In this document: positions 56,216 to 64,000 of the stretch, piece after piece
Layout: each line of letters begins with the position of its first letter
How positions within the stretch are numbered: the stretch's first letter is position 1
From: Carpediemonas membranifera BICM
Taxonomy: Eukaryota; Protista; Fornicata
Reading direction: 5' to 3'
DNA: 64,000 bases
NCBI GenBank assembly: GCA_019828565.1
Contig: JAHDYR010000009.1
Location: forward strand, 186,001-250,000
Notes under the pieces: generated by a model
Told to the model about the DNA's origin: nothing
What the model saw: only the letters and a program-made list of their open reading frames with translations
Database searches by the model: none
Made by a program: the position numbers and the translations under genes

Positions 56216-59200
56216 ATGAGTGCGGAATCGTATTTGAACAGCTGTCGGGAAGCAATCTCATACATATACTTGAAAAAAGCCGATTCTAAGGACAGAAATG
56301 AGCTACTGGCCGTTCTCCGCAAGCTCAACGACCAATATCAGAAGCTTGGGCAAAAGCGTTCGTCACGAGTGCTTACAATGCTTGAACAGCTATCATGGGA
56401 GCACAATCTACCAATTATTCCTCGTCTTGGCGGCTTTCTCTTCAGCAGCGGCTCCCTTGAAGTGAACACTACCGCTTTCTTCCGCCTCTACCAGCTCCTT
56501 GTGTTCCAGCGCTTCCTATCCGAACACCAGAACCTCTCCCGCCTCTTTGACGGTGTCAGTGTGATGGATCTCCGCTGGGAAGTGCTGTACGACGAATACA
56601 AGAGAGCACGCACGTCGACGGGGGCGGTGGACCAGCAGGAGCTCGCCACGTCCTCGATGAGGGTCACAACCGAAGGAGGGTCCGCTTCCATCACTGAACT
56701 ACGCCGACTTGACACCTCAGCCGTGTCAACCTTTGCAATTGTCACCACGCTGTGGTCGGCGAACCTCGACTGCCCAGTCACCGAGCCGGCTGTGCTAGAG
56801 TTCGAAGCCACGCCCACAGTAGATGAGGAGGCCGGTGAAGCGACCGTGACCGTACCCCAACTCTCAGTGCTCTTTGCCGACCTCCACCAGGGGATTCTAG
56901 AGTCAGGCCTTATGCTGCACTCTACTCTGAAAGTCCAGGTCGACCACCCAGGAATACCAAGGACTTTCGTGTCAATCGCCCAGCCCGTGGTGACGAGCCT
57001 TGACCCAGTGACAGGTAAGACTGGAAAATCTGTTGTCACAGCCAAAGTCGTCTCGCAGTCTATCATTTACGACATAGAGCTCAGGCTGACCAAGTTCCTA
57101 GTCCAAAACCCCCGTGCGATCTTCGACACCATCGTTGCCAGGCCCACTCGTCTGCCCGAGATGGTCGAGCCAGGCAGCGTTCGGTCCGAAATTTACTACA
57201 GGGTGCTCAGCCCGGGGAAGAAGAGCAAGCACGTGAGAATGGCGGCAGTCCGGCTCGTCGACTCGGTCACAAACCAGGTCATTCCAGACCAACTTGCCAC
57301 TGGGAGGAGTCCGTCGCCCTCGTTTACCCCGACACTGACAAACTGGGCGATCTGTCCAGATTATGACGATTTCAAATCATATGCAGTGATTGAGGCCGGA
57401 TCTAGTGATATAGTCACGATTGAGTCAGTTGAGGACAGCTACACCGGCCCCGGCGTCCCCAGCCTCCATGTGGTCCTGTTCGACCTCGACCCCCACAGCA
57501 AGAAGGTCAGCAACCACAGCGTAGCCGTCATGCCACTCAGAGATATTGTCAACGGCCGGCCAGGTCCGTTTAGCTCGAGCGGGCTGAGACAACTTGTCAC
57601 TGGTAAGCCTGGCAAAGGTGATGACCACCTCGAGGATATTGATTCATGTCGCGTGCTCCCACCCCCGCCCCCAGAGGGCAAGGGGTCCAAGACGGTCGAC
57701 GTCGAGTTCCTTGTGACGTCCACCGAAGTGACTGAGAACACGCAGCTTTTTAATCTGATCCAACTGGCACCCTCGGCGGAATCTGGGATGATGGTTTCGT
57801 ATCTCGGGATGTTCGATATTCATGTCGATCTCAAAGATTTGGTGAAGTTCCAGACACAGATTTTCAACTGCCTTTTCGCGCTTCTCTGTGACCACGCCAA
57901 CGACTCTGACCCCAAACTCCAGCACCGCATTTTTGCCAGCATTGTAGCTACCCTCGACAAGATCATCGAGAAGTCCCGCAACGCCGGCTACAAGTCCCTG
58001 CTTTACTCGTACATCGACAACACGTTCCACTTCCCCCTTGCCTGGCGTGTACTGCTGCCCCGCCTCATTTCACTATTCGCCCAGCTCGATTCCCCCGATG
58101 AGGTGCCTGATATGGCTCTTGCTATGAAACAGCTGGACGAATACAAGCCCCTGGCCAGCCTCATTCTCCCCCTGATTCGATTCGTCGTCGCATCTTTTCA
58201 GACTAGTCTCATGACTTCCGAGGACCCCGGAAAGGACCGGCGTCTGTTCAAGGCACAGGCCCAGGAGCTGCTGGAGGCCGTGTGCTACCTCATGGCCAAC
58301 GGGCAGATGCACCCCGCCGTCTCGCTTACTGTGAAACCCCTACTCGCCCGGTCATTCGCGTCAGTGTATAACTTGCTCGTGGATGAACTCGACTCGACTG
58401 TGTTGGCTCAGGTTGGTACGTTGTTCATAGACAGAACAAACGCCTTCCTCAATGCTGCCACGGGGAAGCAAAACGTCGTCAGAGATGAGAAACTTTATTT
58501 CCTCAATCAATTGATTAAGAGTCCAGCATTCCGTTCGGATGACACGCAGCACCACTTGTCAGAGGCCGGCACCGTCCTCCACCAGAACGTCATCACCGAG
58601 GTCCAGGGCGCCTTGGGTCTTGAGGCGGCGTACCAACCAAGGGCATGGAAGCTGGTCGCTGAGATGTTCAGGTCGACGCCGCGGGCCTGTACTTCCAACC
58701 TCATGGGCTTCCTGCCCATCATTGTCGGCGAGCTTGACCGACTCCTCCTCGACGCCCCCGCCCCGCTTGCCGTGGGAGTTACATACACCCTATCCGAGCC
58801 CAAGGTGGTTGACCCCGTGAGACTTCAGGAGATCGGCCTGGCCAACCCCGCTCTGTCGGATACGGTGACGATGTGGGTCCAGCTGGCCAGCACGAAGTCG
58901 CCCAGGGACCTCTCGTCCGCCTTCCTTACTGCCATGCATGGTCTAGTCGACGTACCGTCTTTTGTCCGCAGAATTTTATCATCCAGGCCTTATCCTGCAC
59001 ATTGGGCAGGACTCTGGGCGATGCTCGTGCGGGTTAGCGTGGCCCTACTGCGGTCATCCAAAGACCTGGACGCCTGGCTGACGCTGCTCCATGCCCCGTG
59101 TTTGGATCCGACTATCGCGCCGGCTCTGAGCCTCGAGCTCGAAGCCAGCAGCGGTCGTGGGTTGTCATACTTCATAATCATCGCCTCGCAGGCAGTCAAT

Positions 59201-61186
59201 GAGATCATCAAATCCCGCGACTCAATCCTGGATCTGATCCCGTCGATCCTCCCACTCTTTCTGACCCCCGCCACCCGCCCCATCGTCCCCGAGACTTACA
59301 CCCACGCCCTACGAACGGTGGACTCGCAGGCTTTGATGGTCACCACCCTGGCTGCCGTGGGTGAGCTATACACAGCCTACGGGGCTAAAGCGCGGGACTT
59401 CGAGACAAGCTTCGTCTCGGAGCTTGAGGCTGCAGTCGACCCAGGCCACAGTCAGTTCCTGGGTAACGTGGGCCGGATTGTGACCATGCTCTCCGCCCTG
59501 GGCCGGCTAGGGACCTCCGAGGCTCAAGCCGACGACCGGGCCGACGCTCTGGTTTTCCTCATGCGGTACCTGGAGCACAGCCCCGACTTCAACAGCCTGT
59601 ACGTGGCATTTTGCGGCATGCTGGTCGACCTACACGTCGACCTGGGCAATAACGTCGAACAGGCAAGAGCACTCCAGCTCCAGATCAAGCACCTTGACCC
59701 GACCTCGGCGGAGACGCTCACCCTCATGCTCAAGACAGCAGACCTCCTCGCCGCTGATACATATTACGAGGAGGCATGTAATGTTGTCCATGATGTGCAG
59801 GCTAAGATCCTCCCCTCAAGCCGGCCGCCCTATCGCCCACCCACTATCCCAGTGCCCAAGCCGCATGAGATCATCATTCCGTATCTAACTCGATCTTCTG
59901 AGTGGCTGGGCATGGTCCACGGCAACCGACTCTACCCCGACTTTATCCGAGTCGCCGTGTGGGGCCGCATCGCTGATGCCGGCAAGCAGTTTATTTACCG
60001 GATGAAGCGGGGCGAGGGAATCGGGGAGACGACGTCTCGGCTCCAGACGTCGTACCCTGGTGCGTCAACCAAGGACAGGCGCGGGGCGCCCAAGGAGGAG
60101 TGGTTGGACGACCCCCACGGCATCCTCCAGCTCGTCAAGGTGGCCCCCTCGTGTCGGCGCGACATGGCTTCCCTCAACGTCGACCCCGCCGAGTGGTCGG
60201 TCGTTGTCCCAGAGGGCGACCGGTTTTCACTCAACGGGCAGCCCATCGAGTCAGTGCCGGTCTCCCCAGACGAGTGGGACAGGCTGATGGTCCAAGCCGG
60301 CAGGGAGCTGGACCTTGACGAGGTCGACCCGGATCAGAGGCCCGCCCTGAGAGCAAACCCCCCAGGCGGCGTGGTCGTCCTCGCAGGCGAGAGACAGGAC
60401 GTTGCCAGCGGGTTCAAACTGAGAGTCACCCCGCCCCGCAAGCCCACCGACCGAGAGCTGTGCAAGTATTTACATAAGGTATTCTCCTTTTACATGATCG
60501 CTCCCACGGACACTCTCCCCAGCTACAGGCGCCGGGTGCCGGTGAGTCGAGTTTATGAGTATATCGCGGGTCCCGTACAGGTCGCCACTATAGATCTTGG
60601 AACCAACACGAGACACACGACTGAAGCCGCCCAACACGCTGACGAGCTCGGTGATGCCCGGTCTGGTGGAAAGGTTGACGCCGGCTCGATCGGTCCTCTC
60701 ACACAGAAGCTGAACGGGTCCGTCATGGCCTTTGTCAACGGCGGCCCCATGCTATACAGCAAGGCCTTCTTCTGTCGCCTCTGGGTGGATGAGATGAGTC
60801 GTCCTGAGGACCTCCCCCTGCTCGCAAGCTTTGACGCCGTCCTCACTGACTTTCTTGACGCCACGCGTTACGGTCTAGATGTCCACCGGCGTAGGATCGA
60901 GCCTGTACTCGAGGATCTCCAGATGAACCTGGATTCCCACTACATCCAGATGAGGGCTGAGCTCCGTCGTGTCCGCAGGGCCTTCGTTGAGACCCACTTC
61001 GGCATCCCAGACCTGGATGCGGTCAAGGAGAAGATGCGGGCACATATCGAGAAGGACGAGGCCGATATTCGGGAGCTGCATGCGGCGTTCGTCCCTATTT
61101 GCCACAGATGGAACTCCCGATTCGGGGCGGATGACCCCTGTCGGCAGCCCCTGCTTGAGTTGGAGGCTTTGCTCACGGTGGAGTGA
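56216..61186 (+). CDS. DOCK-family Rho/Rac GEF (DHR-2 domain)
   Basis: ~1650 aa; C-terminal LNGSVMAFVNGGPMLYSKAFF (DHR-2 nucleotide-sensor motif), GKQFIYR, LVDLHVDLGNNVE. Confidence 0.85.
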   Translation: MSAESYLNSCREAISYIYLKKADSKDRNELLAVLRKLNDQYQKLGQKRSSRVLTMLEQLSWEHNLPIIPRLGGFLFSSGSLEVNTTAFFRLYQLLVFQRFLSEHQNLSRLFDGVSVMDLRWEVLYDEYKRARTSTGAVDQQELATSSMRVTTEGGSASITELRRLDTSAVSTFAIVTTLWSANLDCPVTEPAVLEFEATPTVDEEAGEATVTVPQLSVLFADLHQGILESGLMLHSTLKVQVDHPGIPRTFVSIAQPVVTSLDPVTGKTGKSVVTAKVVSQSIIYDIELRLTKFLVQNPRAIFDTIVARPTRLPEMVEPGSVRSEIYYRVLSPGKKSKHVRMAAVRLVDSVTNQVIPDQLATGRSPSPSFTPTLTNWAICPDYDDFKSYAVIEAGSSDIVTIESVEDSYTGPGVPSLHVVLFDLDPHSKKVSNHSVAVMPLRDIVNGRPGPFSSSGLRQLVTGKPGKGDDHLEDIDSCRVLPPPPPEGKGSKTVDVEFLVTSTEVTENTQLFNLIQLAPSAESGMMVSYLGMFDIHVDLKDLVKFQTQIFNCLFALLCDHANDSDPKLQHRIFASIVATLDKIIEKSRNAGYKSLLYSYIDNTFHFPLAWRVLLPRLISLFAQLDSPDEVPDMALAMKQLDEYKPLASLILPLIRFVVASFQTSLMTSEDPGKDRRLFKAQAQELLEAVCYLMANGQMHPAVSLTVKPLLARSFASVYNLLVDELDSTVLAQVGTLFIDRTNAFLNAATGKQNVVRDEKLYFLNQLIKSPAFRSDDTQHHLSEAGTVLHQNVITEVQGALGLEAAYQPRAWKLVAEMFRSTPRACTSNLMGFLPIIVGELDRLLLDAPAPLAVGVTYTLSEPKVVDPVRLQEIGLANPALSDTVTMWVQLASTKSPRDLSSAFLTAMHGLVDVPSFVRRILSSRPYPAHWAGLWAMLVRVSVALLRSSKDLDAWLTLLHAPCLDPTIAPALSLELEASSGRGLSYFIIIASQAVNEIIKSRDSILDLIPSILPLFLTPATRPIVPETYTHALRTVDSQALMVTTLAAVGELYTAYGAKARDFETSFVSELEAAVDPGHSQFLGNVGRIVTMLSALGRLGTSEAQADDRADALVFLMRYLEHSPDFNSLYVAFCGMLVDLHVDLGNNVEQARALQLQIKHLDPTSAETLTLMLKTADLLAADTYYEEACNVVHDVQAKILPSSRPPYRPPTIPVPKPHEIIIPYLTRSSEWLGMVHGNRLYPDFIRVAVWGRIADAGKQFIYRMKRGEGIGETTSRLQTSYPGASTKDRRGAPKEEWLDDPHGILQLVKVAPSCRRDMASLNVDPAEWSVVVPEGDRFSLNGQPIESVPVSPDEWDRLMVQAGRELDLDEVDPDQRPALRANPPGGVVVLAGERQDVASGFKLRVTPPRKPTDRELCKYLHKVFSFYMIAPTDTLPSYRRRVPVSRVYEYIAGPVQVATIDLGTNTRHTTEAAQHADELGDARSGGKVDAGSIGPLTQKLNGSVMAFVNGGPMLYSKAFFCRLWVDEMSRPEDLPLLASFDAVLTDFLDATRYGLDVHRRRIEPVLEDLQMNLDSHYIQMRAELRRVRRAFVETHFGIPDLDAVKEKMRAHIEKDEADIRELHAAFVPICHRWNSRFGADDPCRQPLLELEALLTVE

Positions 61187-61386
61187 GGTTGTTGGGCCTC
61201 GCAGCGTTGTATTATAATTTTGGAATCGTGACACAACAAAATTTTCACTAAAATCCAAGTTATTATCGGGAGGAGAACCCATCTGCCCGGACTCTGGACA
61301 ATGTTGTGACAAGTCGACATCGGTCGGTCGCCGAGTCTGTCCACAGTCAATTGAACACGCCAGCATCGAATTGCACGTTGGGAACC

Positions 61387-64000
61387 ATGAGCACCTCTAA
61401 TACCGCGCATATGGATGCCAGAGAAGCGCTTATAGCGGCATATACACTTTCTGTTGTTGCTACTGCTGGAGTTCCTGGCGACGTCCCCAATCTCCTTCGC
61501 CACGCTTTCTCCAGACACTTCCAGGAGGTTATGCCTTCCATTCGTGATTTAGCAACCAAATCCTCATCATCACGTGATTCTGAGGTCAGATCACTTCAAT
61601 CCATGCTGACAGCAATCCCCCCTCTCGAACCAGCTGCCCAAACCCTCCTCGACCGCGCCCGCTCCATCCTTACAGACGGCCCCCCGCTGTCCACGACCAC
61701 CGAGCCCCCCTCGCCTCATTCTCCACCCACGCTCACTGCCCTGACCCCCGCCACGGCCTGGGCGATTATGATGACCGCGGGGGCCGACCCAGACCTCCGT
61801 GGACCCTCAGCAGACCCCCAGCAGGCCTTGCACACTACTAGACAGCCCTACACTGTTGTCGACAAGGAGCTCTGGTTCCTCTGCAAGAAGTTCTTCGACT
61901 CCCACCAGTCTGCCCACATCACCGGATACTTCAAGGACGAAAGCATCGCGTCCAACCAATCGCTAATCGCCCAGCATCCTGGAGACATCTTCTTCATGCA
62001 CCACCGCCTCTACGGGGGCCGCCTCTTCGAGTTCCGCACGACCTTCGGCGAGGTGGACCGGTACCAGAGGGTCCACGTCCCCCCGATCCTCGAGCACCAC
62101 GGTCTGGGCACTCACTCTATCCTGCTTGTCACAACGAGGGGCTTATACGGCCTGTGTCGTGACCCTGTACCGCCCGGGTTCAACGAGCAGGACCCGAGGC
62201 GTAGGATGGCTAGGGCGGCCCGAGTCGCCTTCTCCCACTGTCCTAAAGTGCACGAATACGTAGCGGGCATCCGGGACTGGCGCATGCACGGACTGGTGAT
62301 TGACCACCACCGCGACTGGACGGTCATCCTGACCCCAGTCGGCGCCGTCTCACTGGGCAACAAGGGGCTGATCGACGAGTCCGTGCCTGAGGCAGACGTG
62401 TGCATGTTCCACCCCATGGCCCTGCCCGACGACTTCATCCCAACGAGCATCTTATCGACGCCCCGAGCCGTCGTCCTCACAATGGGCGACCGGCAGATGG
62501 TCGGCGGTGACCTTGGCGGCTCTAGTGACCTGCCCAGAGGAACCTTCACGGACATGCCGTTCAAGGTCGACTGGGCCCGAGGCTACGAGGACTTTAGCCT
62601 GCTCGGTAATCGCCAGCAAGTTATGTTTGCTGGGAAATCGACGCCCGCCATCACTGCCTCTGGCCTGCTGCCAGACTCAGCTGGAGACTTCATCAGACTT
62701 CAGTTCCCTTCCGGGACCGAGCGTTTCGCCATGCACCCCCTGCTCGTGGCCCTCGTCTCCGATGGGTCGACCCGCGTCGTCAAGGACGTCTCCGATGACA
62801 CGAACACGCGGGTCCTGACCGTTTCTATCGCCGCCAAGGCCTCCGCGGTCGTGTTCTCGCCAAGCACGTTCGAACAGACCATTTTTGTCAAGACGAACGA
62901 GGGTTGGCTCAGCGTCGATCTCGCGACACAATCCGCTGATCAGATCACGGAGTTGCCGGCCAAGCTTGGATACGAGTCGATCGAGCTTGACGCCGCGCCT
63001 GAAACCACGGGGATTGACAGTCGCTCAACCGTAGCTAATGACGAACCCCCTCTTGTCAGCGTCATTTCCGACATAACCAAGCCCAAGAATGTGGAGCATG
63101 CAGTCGACGAGTCGTTCTACACCTTCCGTGGTCACGCGGCCAACAACCTCGCCAGCATCGTCGCCGTCGCCTTCCTCCCCGACGGTTCGGTCGCCTCGAG
63201 CGGGTGGGACCAGACGATGCGGGTCTGGAACTCCACTGGCGAGTGTAAGCTGAACATATCGACCGGCGAAGAGATCTGGGATATCGTTGCATCGCCCGAC
63301 GGCAAGCTTCTCGTCACTGGCGGCCTCAAGACCGTCCAGGTATGGAACGCAGAGACAGGTGAACACGTGTTCAAGCCTCTACTCGGCCACGACAAGTGGA
63401 TTGTGTACGTCGCCGTCTCCGCGGACAAGAAACTCGCGGTGTCAAGTTCTGGTGACGGCAGCATCATCGCCTGGGACCTCGTCCGCGGGGAAATGGCCTG
63501 GCGCGGATGGGAGCATGATAGCCAGACTAACTGTGTTGCGATCTCGCCTGATGGAAAAGTTATCGTGTCCGGATCTGATGACTGCACAATTAAGCTCTGG
63601 GACGCTGAGACGGGGCGTGTCCTCCAGACGCTTGAAGAGCAGGATGGCGGTGTCTTCTGCGTCGCCTTCTCACCTGACGGCGCGCTGCTGGCGTCGAGCG
63701 GCATCGAAAAGATCGTCTGTCTTTGGGATGTGGCCACCGGGGTCTGCCTCGCGAAGTTCGAGGAGGGCACGCACACCCAATTCGTTCGCGGACTCAGATT
63801 CTCGCCCGACGGAAGGATGATTGCGACTTCCTCCCGTGACGCGACGATCAAGCTGTGGAACGTCGCCACGGGCAAGTGCATGCGTACTCTGCGGGGCCAT
63901 GCCCAGAACGTGCGGCGTGTGGACTTCTCTCAGGACGGGTCGACTCTGGTCAGCAGCTCAATGGACAAGACGGCCAAGCTGTGGGACCTCAAGGGCCTGG
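61387..64000 (+). CDS. Long ORF running off the window: unknown N-terminal region + C-terminal WD40 repeats
   Basis: Absent from the ORF track, consistent with having no stop inside the window. ATG 61387 is in frame with FRGH...SSGWDQTMRVW, GSDDCTIKLWD and SRDATIKLWN. Confidence 0.85.
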   Translation, partial: MSTSNTAHMDAREALIAAYTLSVVATAGVPGDVPNLLRHAFSRHFQEVMPSIRDLATKSSSSRDSEVRSLQSMLTAIPPLEPAAQTLLDRARSILTDGPPLSTTTEPPSPHSPPTLTALTPATAWAIMMTAGADPDLRGPSADPQQALHTTRQPYTVVDKELWFLCKKFFDSHQSAHITGYFKDESIASNQSLIAQHPGDIFFMHHRLYGGRLFEFRTTFGEVDRYQRVHVPPILEHHGLGTHSILLVTTRGLYGLCRDPVPPGFNEQDPRRRMARAARVAFSHCPKVHEYVAGIRDWRMHGLVIDHHRDWTVILTPVGAVSLGNKGLIDESVPEADVCMFHPMALPDDFIPTSILSTPRAVVLTMGDRQMVGGDLGGSSDLPRGTFTDMPFKVDWARGYEDFSLLGNRQQVMFAGKSTPAITASGLLPDSAGDFIRLQFPSGTERFAMHPLLVALVSDGSTRVVKDVSDDTNTRVLTVSIAAKASAVVFSPSTFEQTIFVKTNEGWLSVDLATQSADQITELPAKLGYESIELDAAPETTGIDSRSTVANDEPPLVSVISDITKPKNVEHAVDESFYTFRGHAANNLASIVAVAFLPDGSVASSGWDQTMRVWNSTGECKLNISTGEEIWDIVASPDGKLLVTGGLKTVQVWNAETGEHVFKPLLGHDKWIVYVAVSADKKLAVSSSGDGSIIAWDLVRGEMAWRGWEHDSQTNCVAISPDGKVIVSGSDDCTIKLWDAETGRVLQTLEEQDGGVFCVAFSPDGALLASSGIEKIVCLWDVATGVCLAKFEEGTHTQFVRGLRFSPDGRMIATSSRDATIKLWNVATGKCMRTLRGHAQNVRRVDFSQDGSTLVSSSMDKTAKLWDLKGL

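Noticed and set aside
28966-63900. Many antisense and alternative-frame ORFs over real genes (e.g. 37703-38398, 49797-50570, 63132-63881)
   Set aside because: Explained by GC3-rich codon bias on the coding strand.

Overview
Eukaryotic, gene-dense protist DNA. Tiny GT-AG introns and (A/T)GTAAA 3' signals suggest a fornicate/metamonad such as Carpediemonas; this assignment is inference. Left part (1-27128): a near-perfect tandem array of a ~730-bp unit (~21-22 copies) interrupted by two different chromodomain-bearing Ty3/gypsy retrotransposons, both on the minus strand. Element 2 (21987-26406) is complete, with identical 70-bp LTRs and a CGCT target-site duplication. Element 1 (ends at 15861) has an intact gag-pol ORF and a single ~108-bp LTR, and sits next to a convergent ORF with a chromodomain-like C-terminus. 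Both elements carry a 12-bp palindrome where a tRNA primer-binding site should be. A 282-bp copy of the array's right border (27129-27410) recurs at 8866-9147, implying a large duplication or a mis-assembly. Right part (27129-64000): a GNAT gene, then 14 consecutive + strand genes (Vps16, GRIP golgin, LRR-IQ, PPIL4-like RRM, Ran, ELP3, hSac2, SH3, polytopic membrane protein, CTU2-like, cyclin with a 5-nt micro-exon, VPS9-like, prefoldin, RPL5). These are followed by a minus-strand island of frameshifted genes including an FG-GAP/Cys-rich receptor, a DOCK GEF, and a WD40 ORF running off the end. The best candidate for a novel system is a satellite (centromere-like) domain colonised by micro-LTR, palindrome-primed chromoviruses.
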